64,000 nt of DNA from Harriotta raleighana (Eukaryota): NCBI GenBank assembly GCA_050575255.1, contig JBNZDD010013602.1, positions 96,333-160,332 on the forward strand, written 5' to 3'. The position numbers were made by a program, and so were the translations under genes. Each line of letters starts with the position of its first letter. The first letter of the stretch is position 1. Under the pieces are notes generated by a model. The model worked only from the letters and a program-made list of their open reading frames with translations. It was not told the DNA's origin and did not search any database. Shown here in pieces: positions 42,760 to 56,323 of the stretch.

Positions 42760-43360
42760 CAGGAGATTACGTGTATTGAAGAACAAATATACTATACTGT
42801 ACTTCCGGATGATCTGAAGAAGTAAACCTTTTTTTTCCCCAATAAACAATTTGGTCATATAATCCGTAGATTTGAAAGGTCACACTACAAGAGATGATAG
42901 AGTTCCAGTGAAACACAGAATCATACAGCAGGGCGTAGAAAGAAGGCCATTTGGCCCATCATATCAGTGTCGGTTCTTTTAAAAGTGCTGTCGAAATCCA
43001 TCCCACTCTCGCCCACTTTCTCACCAAAGCCTGGCAAACCTGCCCTCCCCACGCTGGGGTCCTGGCCCCTGACTGTCAAGCGCTTCGGGACATCTTCCCA
43101 ATGCTCTACAAATGCAATGTAGTTGTTCTATCCTATTTATAAAGCCTAGTAAGCCTGTATTAAAAGCTTTAACTACCCGTCCTGCCACTATCAATGACTG
43201 ACTGACTGACTGACCCGGAGAAATTCTCAAATTTATTTTTCATGCTTTGGAAGTTCCCGCCTTTCGTGCACTGCACCTGCACTGGAGAGTGGGTGGGGTG
43301 GTGGGGGGCAGGCAGCCGCTGTAGGGGGGGCTAAGTGCGGATGGGCCCCAAGGCAATTAT
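42760..43360 (+). repeat. Degenerate duplicate of the ACYP1 upstream region (61200-61215 plus 61937-62450)
   Basis: Colinear similarity, e.g. cttttaaaagtgctgtcgaaatcca, cctccccacgctgggg, cccgtcctgccac, and ggaagttcccgccttt vs ggaaattcccgccttt. Confidence 0.8.
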
Positions 43361-43639
43361 CTGTTTCAGACAGCTATATAAAAATAATGTAGTCTATACA
43401 CTACCAAGAAAGCACACAGCCCACCACATTCTCCAGTATATCCCATCACGCGACTTGACACATTCCGTTGACATTCCAACAAATTCAACAACAGCGGCAA
43501 CAAAATGATCTGACTAACGAAAGATCATCTTGGTTGACAAACGACCAGATTAGTGATCCAAGACACCTTTACCCACATTCCCTTCCACAGGTGGGGGTAC
43601 TGGGTTGAAAATGGGTTACGAGGGCAGTGAGGAATGGGA

Positions 43640-45686
43640 GAGACACAGGGACAAAAATTTGCAGAACAGGAATAACTGATAATAACAACACAACTATATA
43701 GCGCATCTCACGCAGGGTAGTGTCCCAGAGCACTTTGGCCTTGATTTCAAGAGCGACGGGCAATGTCAACATTGAGGTGGTAGGTGGGGAAGTATATATG
43801 GAAGTTGGAGAGGAGAGTTGAGAAATCTGAGGATATGGGGCAGGAAACTTTACAAAGTTAAAGTCACCCAAAAAGAAGGGATGCTCAGTACTGAAAGAGA
43901 GAGATTAGGTGAGAGGAGATGTCAGTGAGGTAAGAGCTGTGGGGAGAGTGGCGTCTAGAGGTGATGTCAATCCAGGGTCTGGCATTGGAGAACTATGAGG
44001 ATGATCTGAGCAATCATTAGACAAGCTATGGTTCTTCAGTCTTGAAAAAAGGTGATGCAGAAGCAAACTGATAGACGAATAAAATATTAACTGAGTGATT
44101 GTTGGAAAAAATAAACCCAGGACAATAATTTAGGAGGCACTAAAGACAGAACAGGAAAAAATGGGTTTAGTTATAAAAGGCTTTTCCTGTTTGACTACAT
44201 TGGTGGGATGGGGTTTCCCTTTCTAACCCCCCTCTCGGCTCTCATTATCAGCTCAGGCATCAAGCCGGGGCTGTCAAGCACCCTGCATCGACATCCTAAC
44301 GTGAATGGGAGTAGTTATTTGCAATTCTAATAAAATTTAAATTTTCAACTTTAACATAAATTTTTGTTATCTTGTAGCTGCAAATCAATGATACAATTTG
44401 GGGCTGCTCAAACTGGGTTTGAATGTGTTTAAGGGGTTAAGTTCAGTAGAAAAGAGGGAGGAACAATGCTAATGACACAAGAGCATTAGAACCAGGAAAT
44501 GCACATTCCAAGGAGTGNNNNNNNNNNNNNNNNNNNNNNNNNNNNNNNNNNNNNNNNNNNNNNNNNNNNNNNNNNNNNNNNNNNNNNNNNNNNNNNNNNN
44601 NNNNNNNNNNNNNNNNNNNNNNNNNNNNNNNNNNNNNNNNNNNNNNNNNNNNNNNNNNNNNNNNNNNNNNNNNNNNNNNNNNNNNNNNNNNNNNNNNNNN
44701 NNNNNNNNNNNNNNNNNNNNNNNNNNNNNNNNNNNNNNNNNNNNNNNNNNNNNNNNNNNNNNNNNNNNNNNNNNNNNNNNNNNNNNNNNNNNNNNNNNNN
44801 NNNNNNNNGAGACACAGGGACAAAAATTTGCAGAACAGGAATAACTGATAATAACAACACAACTATATAGCGCATCTCACGCAGGGTAGTGTCCCAGAGC
44901 ACTTTGGCCTTGATTTCAAGAGCGACGGGCAATGTCAACATTGAGGTGGTAGGTGGGGAAGTATATATGGAAGTTGGAGAGGAGAGTTGAGAAATCTGAG
45001 GATATGGGGCAGGAAACTTTACAAAGTTAAAGTCACCCAAAAAGAAGGGATGCTCAGTACTGAAAGAGAGAGATTAGGTGAGAGGAGATGTCAGTGAGGT
45101 AAGAGCTGTGGGGAGAGTGGCGTCTAGAGGTGATGTCAATCCAGGGTCTGGCATTGGAGAACTATGAGGATGATCTGAGCAATCATTAGACAAGCTATGG
45201 TTCTTCAGTCTTGAAAAAAGGTGATGCAGAAGCAAACTGATAGACGAATAAAATATTAACTGAGTGATTGTTGGAAAAAATAAACCCAGGACAATAATTT
45301 AGGAGGCACTAAAGACAGAACAGGAAAAAATGGGTTTAGTTATAAAAGGCTTTTCCTGTTTGACTACATTGGTGGGATGGGGTTTCCCTTTCTAACCCCC
45401 CTCTCGGCTCTCATTATCAGCTCAGGCATCAAGCCGGGGCTGTCAAGCACCCTGCATCGACATCCTAACGTGAATGGGAGTAGTTATTTGCAATTCTAAT
45501 AAAATTTAAATTTTCAACTTTAACATAAATTTTTGTTATCTTGTAGCTGCAAATCAATGATACAATTTGGGGCTGCTCAAACTGGGTTTGAATGTGTTTA
45601 AGGGGTTAAGTTCAGTAGAAAAGAGGGAGGAACAATGCTAATGACACAAGAGCATTAGAACCAGGAAATGCACATTCCAAGGAGTG
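43640..45686. other. Apparently identical ~880-bp duplication on either side of an N gap (44518-44808); probable assembly artefact
   Basis: 43640-44517 is repeated at 44809-45686. Confidence 0.75.
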
Positions 45687-45821
45687 ACTGCCTTAAATGG
45701 AGTCCGACAGTGTCTCTCTGAATTACACTTTAATATTTATATTTTTAGCAATACCTGAGCAATTTCAAAGAACACAGACAATACCACATCAATTTCTAGA
45801 TTGAGTGCCGCAAGTCTGAGG

Positions 45822-48800
45822 ATGGCAGAAGCCCAGCAGCCAGAAATTTACATAACTCTTGAAGTATTCAGAAGTGAGTGCGGCCCACTGGGGAAAGAAA
45901 CCATTGTGCAGGCAAGGCTGTCGGACTCCGTCAAACATTTTAAAGCAAAAGTCTTTGAAGAGATCGGTATAGCTCCCGAGTTTCAGCTCCTGGTGTTTCG
46001 TGGCAAATATCTGAAGGATGAGAACCGCAGCCTCCAGGAGTGCGGGATCCAATCGGGATCCACCCTGTGTGTATTGCGTAATACGGATTCTTTCCAGATT
46101 TTAATTCGTCTAATGGATAACAGGATAATACCTATACAGGTGGAACCGACTGACATAGTGGCAATACTCAAAGAGGAACTGTATGATATAATGGGATGTC
46201 CTCCCGATTCAATTCGTTTGATATTTAAAAGCACACCAATGCAGGATGATTTACAGCTCTGTGCCCATCAGATATACCCCAACTGCTCAGTACTACTCAT
46301 ACTCAGATGTAAGTAAAATCTAATTCTGACCTAACATCATAGAATTATATGGCATGATAGGAAGTCATTAGGCCTTGAAAGGCCTAATGACTTCCTACCT
46401 GTTACCTGCTTCGGTGCAAATCTTGACCATCCAGCACCTTGGAGAGTCCTCTGGACATGAAAGGTATCCAAATGATTTTGTTGTTGTTGGAGTAAGTAGC
46501 TGGTGCTGAATAAGCCTGGTACATGGCATTGGTCTTGGACCTCGAACATCAAAGTGGCTGACATGTCAGACCCTGCCCTGTAAAGGTCCACCCACCACCC
46601 TGAAGGCTAATGTCCAACAAATAGAGGAAACTCTGATGCAGGTTCACATTTGAAGGTTGACTTTATTATTATTATTTTTATTATAATTATCAGAACCATG
46701 ATAGAAGTTACTGACAACAACACCTTGCACTTATATAGCACCCTCCATGCAGGATAGTATCTCAGAGTGCTTAACGGTGGCGGAACCTGGGGGTGGGAGA
46801 TGACCGTAAGCACAATCAAAAAAAAAATAGTTTTCAGGAGTGGCTAGAAAAAGGTAAGAATGGGGGCAAGGCGGAGAGATTGATGAAGAGTGTTTCATAG
46901 TTTTGGGGCACAGTACGACCCTCCAGTGATGGAGCGGAGGATAAGAGGGACAAGCAAGGGGACAATGCAAGTCAAGTGGAAATTGAATTATATTGCATGA
47001 TGCATGCAGACTGATGCATTTGTTCTCTGTACATTCTCCATGTATCTATTGTATTCTTAATATTCAAGCATTTGACTTGCGTTTATTCTAATCTCCTGCG
47101 TTTTGCTTTGCAGTGCGCGGTGGTGGTGGTGGAATTAAGTCAGGTAATGTGTGTATTACATTTATACTGGAAGCAATTCAGATTCCTAATTTGGCAACTA
47201 ATTCAAGCAAATCTTGTAATGGATCTTTCTGTGTGATACTTTTGCCTGTTGTTGGGATTTCTGATCCCGAGGATTCAAAATATGACCTGACCATCTAAAT
47301 TGGTGCAGTCAAATTTTATTAAACAAAGCAAGATTAACATACTGTATGTGGGTTAACGTATNACCTGGTGTTGGGATTTCTGATCCCGAGGATTCAAAAT
47401 ATGACCCGACCATCTAAATTGGTGCAGTCAAATTTTATTAAACGAAGCAAGATTAACATACTGTATGTGGGTTAACGTATTTAAAAAGTCCATACTACTG
47501 ATTGTAGANGCCTGTTGTTGGGATTTCTGATCCCGAGGATTCAAAATATGACCTGACCATCTAAATTGGTGCAGTCAAATTTTATTAAACAAAGCAAGAT
47601 TAACATACTGTATGTGGGTTAACGTATTTAAAAAGTCCATACTACTGATTGTAGAGAGTATATCTGGTCTCAGCAAGAACAGCAAACTCTGGTCTCAGCA
47701 ACCTCGGGCTGCACAAACCTCAGTTCCCCGAACTCTGGTCTTCGCAACCTCTGCTCAGCTCAGCTTGTCTCCTGATTTCTCTCCCTTATCTCAAAGGAAA
47801 ACTTTTCTTCTCACTTTCCTTCTAACTTTCCTTCTGTAACTGACCCTTCCCTGCCTGTAAAACAGAACTGGAATCATGCTACCAGTTCCAGTAGTTCTGG
47901 ACAACAGTGGCAGGCTGGAGATCTCGATTTCAATCCTCGGGATCGGAAATCCCAACACTTGGTCTTCACTCAAAATAAAAAAAGCTTCTTGCACAATTCA
48001 CATGATACTTTCATAGATGTAAAATAAAGTATCAACCTCCTTGGTTGCTCACTTCAACTCTTCAACTCATGGAGTCCATGCAGAAGATCATCATTTTAAA
48101 AAAATCTCTGAGTCTTGGGCAACAACTGCTGGAAGACATTACCTAGAGTCCAAGTTTGTGAACACATATTCTTATTTCCAACGCTTGGAATCCACATAGA
48201 CGTATATAGGCACACAGCTGCTGCTTAAACACTACAGTACCTCCAATTGGTGGAAGGATCGCTCAATGGAAAAGAACGTGTACCTGAGCTGCGGTCAGGA
48301 TGACATCATCTGCAGACATGGGGTAAATNGGGTCAGGATGACATCATCTGGTAAATTTCGAAATGTATGCGGATGAAACCCAACTCTAGCTTTCCGTTTC
48401 CACCAGGTCTACCAGCTTCCTGACTGTTTTCCTGTCTGACATTGAGTTCTGATCAGAAAAAAAACTTTCTCAAGGTGAATGTCCGCAAGACTGATGCCTT
48501 CCTGATTGGCTTGCGTCAGCGCCTCTGCTGGCACTGACAGCATCCAAGGCTCTCNCGGTCAGGATGACATCATCTGCAGACATGGGGTAAATTTTGAAAT
48601 GTATGCGGATGACACCCAACTCTAGCTTTCCGTTTCCACCAGGTCTACCAGCTTCCTGACTGCTTTCCTGTCTGACATTGAGTTCTGATCAGAAAAAAAC
48701 TTTCTCAAGGTGAATGTCCGCAAGACTGATGCCTTCCTGATTGGCTTGCGTCAGCGCCTCTGCTGGCACTGACAGCATCCAAGGCTCTCCACTTCTCTAA

Positions 48801-51800
48801 GCCAGTCAGGGAGGCGTCTTGTTCGACCCTGAACTGTCCTTCTACCTGCACATTCGAGCCATGATCAGTACTGCCTTGCACTACCTTCAAAACATCGCCA
48901 GACTCCGCCACTGCCTCACCCCACAGGCTGCCAAAACCCTTGTCCANTGCACATTCGAGCCATGATCAGTACTGCCTTGCACTACCTTCAAAACATCACC
49001 AGACTCCGCCACTGCCTCACCCCTCAGGCTGCCAAAACCCTTGTCCACACATTCGTCACATCAAGGCTCGACTGTGGAAACTCCCTCCTTGTCAGTCTTC
49101 CTGGTTGTTCCCTTTATAAGCTGCAGATCATCCAGAACTCTGCAGCTCGTGTCCTCACCCGCAACACGCTCGGTGACCAGATCACTTCCACGCTCGCCCA
49201 GCTCCATTGGCTCCCCATCCCCTAGAGGATCTAATTCAAGATCCTCATCCTCACCTTCAGGCCATTCACGGCCTTGATGACCCACCTACCTCTCCGACTT
49301 GCTGTCCCTCTATCAACCCCCACCCCACCACCATTTAGCGGGCTTGGCCTGCTCTATGTCCCCCGCCAGATCCGCCCTACCATCGGCACACGGGCTTTCA
49401 GCCTCTCTGCCCCCATCCTCTGGAACTCCATGCCACCATCCCTTCGCCTTTCTCCCTCCCTCGCCTCCTTCATGGCCGGTCTTGAGACCCTCCTCTTTGA
49501 GAGTGCCTTCTGCTGCACTCCAACTCTCTCCCTCCCCTCCTAACTCTCTCCAGCTCTTCCCCCCTACCCTGCCCCTCTCCCTTGCTCAGGTCCCTTGACT
49601 TGACTATTCAGCATTTTGGGACTTCCTCCTGATGTGAAAGGTGCTCTATAAATATAATTTTGTTGTTGTTGTTGAGTGCTCTAACCACTGAGCTACAGGA
49701 CTCCACAATATGTAAAAGAGTCAATTCTGGAATAAGCTCGTTGTAATTTTCTTGCTAACAAAAAACTTTATTTTGTATTCTTTCAGGTACTATCGGAAGC
49801 ATTGTAACAGGTAATCAGAATTTGCTATTTAACACTAAAAATGAAAGAATTTTAGTCAGGAGGAGGTTATGGAAATTATGAAAAGTGACAAACACTCTAC
49901 TCTTGTGTACCAATACATTGCAAATGTAGTTTTTGTATGTTTCACTCTTCATTCTGTCCCGCTTAACACCTTTCAAACGTGTGGATTACATTTTATTTTT
50001 TACTAAATAATGAGAATAAATAATCGCTTTGCGTCAGTGCCAAAATACTTGGGAAATGTATGTTTGGTGAAAGAGGAAGAGTCAGGGGAGGAATCTTATT
50101 TTTCCCAATATGCTGTTGTAAAAGAGTCAATTAGCAGATCATTGTGATTTTCTTGCTTAAACAAAAAACTTTATTTTGCATTCTTCAGATCCAATTGGAG
50201 GCATTGTAACAGATAATCAGGAATTGCTATTTGACACTAAATATGAGTTTTAGACATGAAGAAATTATGGAAATTATGAAGTGACAAAATTGTTGTATTT
50301 TACATTTCTGTATCCTTACTTTGACGACCAGACCTTTATGAATTAAGAAATCTGTATGAAAAAACAGGTTTCAACTAAGTATATTTTCAAGTAATGTGAA
50401 GCCTGAGCAATTTTAACATTCAAAGTATTTTGTGTGTAGAAACTCTGCGAACTTGATAGCTTTTGGTACTGATACATTAATATGGTATTAGTTTAGTCTG
50501 CCATGTTGTTTCTTATTTGACAATATTAAAATAAAGCACAAATGCTTCTGAGCTCAACTCACCCTGTGACATATATCTATAATTTATTTCAGATTGGAAA
50601 CCTTATAAAGAATGTAAAGCTGTGAGTCAATCAGGTAAATTAATTCCTTGTTTTGTAGATTGTTAAGTGAAGCTGCTGATATATACTGTACTGTATAATA
50701 TATATTTTTTAAATTCTTACATTTGGGACACCATATAAATTCCACACAACTGAAAAATATACATCAGGTGAAGCAGTTTTCAATCAATTTGTATTCTATT
50801 CCTATTCCACTGTGTATTCAGTGTGGTGCACTCAGTGTAGTATTGCGTACAGTACACCATCTTTGAATGTGCATTTGGATCTCTATGTCAAACTGCTTTC
50901 GGGTTGTGATTTTTTTCCTTTGATGAAGTTTGCACTTATCATGGTACGAAATGTTATTCTCACTTTCTTGTCTTTTAGCGCCTTTTCCCAGCAGCTTGGG
51001 ATGTCCTCCTGACGTTAAAGGCGCTATACAAGTGTATTTTTGTTTGTTTGTTGTTTTTTTTGTGGTTGGCTGACTGTTTGGATTCTACTCCAATAATAGC
51101 CTGAACATAGCTGTTCTAAAGCAAACACTGGTTAGTAATTTTTCTGATAAGGTTAAACGGAAAAGAGATGTGCCACCCTAATGGGATATTCTTCTGCCTT
51201 GCTACAATCCTATCATTGTTAGCTGAGATGTCAACACAAGTCTGGCAATAACTAAATTAAGTCAACTCCTCCTATCATAACTGCTCCTTTCAATCCTTGG
51301 CTTTTCTCCCTGTCTATTTCTTATCTTGCTTCATAAATCTTCACTCCGTTCCAATACAGAAATCCTGCAGAGCTATTACTATCACTTCTGTGAGAACAAT
51401 AAATTTGTTACTTTCTGTGAACATTGTTGGGCACTAAACTTAGCAGCTACACAAGACAATAAAATATTGTACATCAGTTCAAAATGAGAAGCAGCAGGTT
51501 CCACGATTCATATTATTCTACTTTCTTAAGATGGACAGGTGAGAAGGCCATTCAGCGAATTTGAGAAATACAAAAGAATTTCTTGTGAGCTTTGTGAGGA
51601 AGAGGTGAGTAAATGCATAAAGCACAGCAGTCTTTCACTATTTCTAGTTAACAGAGGAGAGGTGTTGTTAATGTCTTTCCGTGTTCCCTTCAAGGACTCA
51701 TCAGAATGGATTGTGGTGGAACCCAATGTTCTTTCAGAAGCTGAGATGGTTTTCAGGTAAAACAACAAAAATAACGCCGAATGATTAGAATTTGTGTGGA

Positions 51801-54800
51801 ATTGCAACAATTTTTAAACATTTCTCTTTAGGATTTCTCTTCCAGGTAAAGGCTATTATGAATGTGCTGTAACCAGACTAAGATGGGAAACCAAGAAAGA
51901 AACTACCATTAGCTACAGATATAGCTCCTGGGATGATATATATTTGCCGGGAAACTTTAAATATGTAGGCCCATTGTTCCACTTCAACGCAAAGGATGAA
52001 GAGATTGCAGCTATTCACCTGCCTCATTTTGTTTGTCTAAAAGGTAATTTGATAATTTTCAAAATCCTTCTAGATACACTTATTTTTATTTGCAACATAA
52101 TAAATACAAAAATATCAGCCGATCAGTTAGTAGCTCTCTCACTTCTATGTCATACATTTGTGGGTTGAAGCACCAAGTTGGGATTTTGAGCTCAGTTAGG
52201 CTGACACTCCAATACAGTGATGGAGGACAGATGCATTGCCTCAGATGCCACCCTTCGGTTGAGATGGTATATCATGATCCCGTATTCCTATTCAGTAAAA
52301 TATTTAAGAACACATGGCCGTATCCGTAATTAGAATACAATTTGTTGTGATGTTTCAACAATATCCCCGATTTAAAAAATGGTAATTTGGTTCATGGATG
52401 TTTGTGGACTATTGCAGTATAAAGGTCGGTTATGTCTGTCTGCAAATATGCAGTCATTACACTTACAGTAAATTCTGGACTTGGGTGTAAAGAGTACAGT
52501 TTCCAAGTTTGCAGATGACACTAAGTTAGGGAGAATAGTAAATAGTGAGGAGGATAGTAACCATCTGCNTGAAATGATGATAACATGCTAAAGTGACATA
52601 TAAATTGTATAGATTATTACATTTAGAACATTAATGAATTTAATGAGGAAAGATCATTTAATTTGTTCATGGCACTCTGACAACCATCATCTGGTATTCA
52701 ATAAATACGTAGTAATACAGTAAAACCTCGATAATCCGACATTCCAAAAGACGGCAAGGCCCTAAAACCAGCAAGATTTAAAAATACTATACATACATCA
52801 TTATTTTTTTTCCAATGTCAGCAAATCAGCCCAAATTCGGAATAGCTACTTGCAGTTCACGCTGGCGCCACTCTGTCACCCAGCTCTGTGGTTGCCGCTT
52901 GGGCATAGTTTGGCTGCAGTGCTAGGTTAACATTTTATGTGGTCGATGGGGCAGGGCTTCCCCAGATATATCTAGGGTAGGTTGAAGCACTCTGAGACGC
53001 CATCCGGTGTGGAGGGCACTATATAAATTGAAGTTGTTGTTGTTGTTAAATACTAGCAAACTCCGAAATCCGGTAGGTGAGTGACCCCAACTGTGCCAGA
53101 TTATTGAAATTTTACTGTAATTATCATCATCAGCGTCCTCACATTGGGATTATGTCTGAAAGTACTTCACAGAATAATCTGTAAAGTGCAGTGATTGTAT
53201 GTTTCACAAACAACTATGAAATGAGTGATCAATTTTATTTGGAGGCTTTGTTGGCCAGGATATCGGGAGAAATTCTCATCCCTTTTCAAATAATGTCATG
53301 CGATCTTTAATGTACATCCTGACAGACCGGACCTTGGTTTAACGTCTCATTTATTAGAAGTTAAACATTAGAGGTGCAGTCTATTCCATGTGATTAAACT
53401 GCAGCCCCATTAATATTTATCACTCAAAGAACTAAAGTACATGTACAATATTTAGAAAACTCTTACTTGTCAGATATTTTATGCTGAATTACTAGCTTTA
53501 TTTCACAAGTGGAAGAAAATATTATACAGTACTGTACATATTTGTACATGTTCTACACTCATAATGTACCATTCACATTAAACAAGTTTAATATTGTTTC
53601 AAGACCCTCTCCCTAGTTTCCACTGTTTTAACAAATACTTGCATTTAGTTCATTCATTTTAAATTGTTATAGTTTTTTAAAATACATAAACCTTTATAAA
53701 CCTGTTAACAAATATAAACATTTAATTGTTGTTTGCAGGATTGATGAGTATGCCATCCTTTGAGATTTTTCATTTAAAAAATACTGAATATTCACTAATG
53801 ACTCCAACAACAATTGGTGCAACGCATGTAGAATTGAAAAACCCAAGCTTTTCTCTCATGGGTGTCATGTGGACCTGCGCATCGGCTTTTTTTCCAATTC
53901 ACACTGTGGGAATCATTTATCAAACACTGACTGCTGCAGATGTAACGCTCCATGTCTACATTTTACCAAATGACTTATCAATACTGAAGGTAATTTTCTT
54001 ATTTTAAAGCCAGTCTTCTATGACAATAATATGCATATTCAGACTCTGATTTAGTGGATTGAGGATCCAAGCCTCAACACTTGGAATCAAATGGTCGAAT
54101 CTTACATTCCAATCTCGACAACGTGATATGGCACTATATCAAATGCAAGGATTATTATTTGTTATATCTTGTTCTAGACAGTTCAGATGCAGGAAGCAAA
54201 TTCTGTAAAAATTGAAAAGCCTCCACAGATCAATTCATTGCATTATCGCCGATTTTATTCACTGCAAAGCCCTTCTGGTGTTGAAATTACTCCATCAGTA
54301 AGTACTACCATATCATACTTTGATACTAATTTCTCCATTGTTTCTTGAACCAATTCCCCCACAAATCATTGCCCTCTTTGTTTTCCAGGCTATAAGTCTG
54401 CATTACCTAAGCTATAAGCAACAACAACAGTACTATGAAGTGTATTGTGAAGATCAGATTACCAACATTGAGTTAAAACTGACTAAGATAAAAAAGACGG
54501 ATGCTTTGTGGACAGTTTTGTTGAGAAAAAGTAAGTATTAGATATTCGAACACTGTAGAAACATTACGAATTTATAATTAATGTTAAAACACTAAATCAG
54601 AAGCCGCAATTATAGTTGACTCCCAGAGTGAGCCACTGCTTGCTACTGATTGTCATCATCATCAAAGAGGTCTTCAAACTCATTAAAGAAATCTGCATCA
54701 TAGCTTTCTCATTGGCTCCAAAGTCAATTAGAAGCTTTAAACTTCCTCCAACCTCATCCAGGTCCACACACTGGCATGCGCTATCAGGGAACACCTCATT

Positions 54801-56323
54801 CACTGTCATTGCTCAATTCAAATGGCCTTCCCTCAGAGATCAGAGAACTTTTAAGAAGTCACGAATAAAAGCCACACCTTTCAATTTTCAAACTGCTGCA
54901 CAATACCCTGCTAGACATTTATTACTATGCCTTAACTACTGTGCCTTTTGATTCCACTTAGATGATCTTCGCAAGCAAGCTATAATAAGAGGTAGATATT
55001 TTTCACAACATACTTCAAATTAATTGTTGTTACAAGTTAGTAAATAATTATTCCGACTAGTGCAAAGATAAAGACCAGACGCAATAAATAGTCAAAGAGA
55101 AAGTGAGAAATTGCCTGTGAGAAGGAGTCAAAAGATTGAATTGGATGAAGAAGCCACTTCAGTTGATCTGATCTCTACCTTCCAGAACACTCCTACTATT
55201 CCCTATTGCAGCATTAAGCAGATTTTTAAATCAGTTCAGCATCTACCCTCTACCATCCGGAGAACTTTTCCAGTTATTCATAGTCTCTGATCAATAAAAA
55301 ACTTCTGTGGCAATGGTCGTGAAATTACTCTTTAGATCTAGACCCACCAACCACTAATTGGCTTTATAAATAAAGTAACTGTTTATTAGTATCAATATTC
55401 AACAATAAATCTAATTTTAATCAAATTTATTGTTTTTATGGATAAAATCCCCAAACTAAATTTTTTTGTGGATCAGAAACTATCTTTATTGGTTCTTAAA
55501 TATATTTGCATCTTCAGTAAAAGCCAAACCAAATTTATTTATCTTGTGCAATATTTTAGCTACATCACTCATGTGTAAAGTAGGCAACATATTTGTAGTC
55601 ATGATGAATGAATAGCCTTTTACTTAAATTCTGTAAATTTTCCCTTTTCTTCAGGTGTGCCTGAAGAAAGCATAGAGGGTAAGTCCAAATATATCACCAA
55701 ATAATCTTTTGAAGAATCTGTACATCAAACCATCTATCTCTCCACCTATCTAATATTTTACCACGTATGCATTCTAGCAGAGGTAACTTGATGGAGATGA
55801 GTGTCTCCACTTCCCCCAACACTCTTCCCCCTCCCCCCCTTAAACCGAGAGCAATTCGAATACCCCAGAAATTAGCTATTTTGAATCATCCAATTGTGAC
55901 AAAGATTCAGAAAGGTTATGACACCAAACAAATAAAATCAAATACAAATGAAGAATAAAACTAATATGATAGAAATGCTTTATTTTGACTGCATATGGCT
56001 AGTTCAGGATGTTCTGAGTTACATGCAGAAACTATCTCTAATACAAAACTATTTCTACAGCTGTGGAGTTTGTGAAGCGGCATAGGAGAAACATCATTGA
56101 GAGACTTGGAGTAATTGACCCTATCCTTAGACATTTGTTCCAAGTAAATGTGATCAACGAGGATGAACAGGAGAAAATTATTTCCACAACAACAAGATCA
56201 GAAAGGAATCAAGCACTGATGCAAATAGTAATGAGCAAAGGAACATGTGCCCAAAAGGAGCTTTACAGAGCAATGGAGAAAAATGATCCCTACTTTGTAC
56301 AGGATCTTAAAGAAAATCAGTAA
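45822..56323 (+). CDS. Gene D: di-UBL-FIIND-CARD protein (~576 aa)
   Basis: Exons 45822-46308 (two tandem UBLs, donor t|gtaagt), 49787-49810, 50593-50634, 51531-51604, 51695-51756, 51832-52043, 53739-53989 ([14 protein letters not shown]), 54178-54297, 54389-54530, 54962-54991, 55655-55678 and 56061-56323 (CARD). Total 1731 nt, in frame. Confidence 0.82.
48290..49672 (+). mobile_element. L2-clade LINE 3' fragment in intron 1 of gene D
   Basis: (M)YADDTQL; [15 protein letters not shown]...[13 protein letters not shown]...LHWLP; ends in a (ttg)n tail; internal n-gap duplications. Confidence 0.8.
52478..52566 (+). mobile_element. Short CR1 RT fragment
   Basis: tccaagtttgcagatgacactaagttaggg = [10 protein letters not shown]. 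Confidence 0.6.
52718..53117. mobile_element. Tc1/mariner (Tigger-like) MITE
   Basis: Imperfect TIRs cagtaaaacctcgataatccgac / gccagattattgaaattttactg, flanked by TA; absent from the paralogous gene C intron (~38757). Confidence 0.7.

Noticed and set aside
43569-45040. Duplicated 100-184 aa minus-strand ORFs
   Set aside because: Decayed LINE-like sequence duplicated across an N gap; no recognisable protein.
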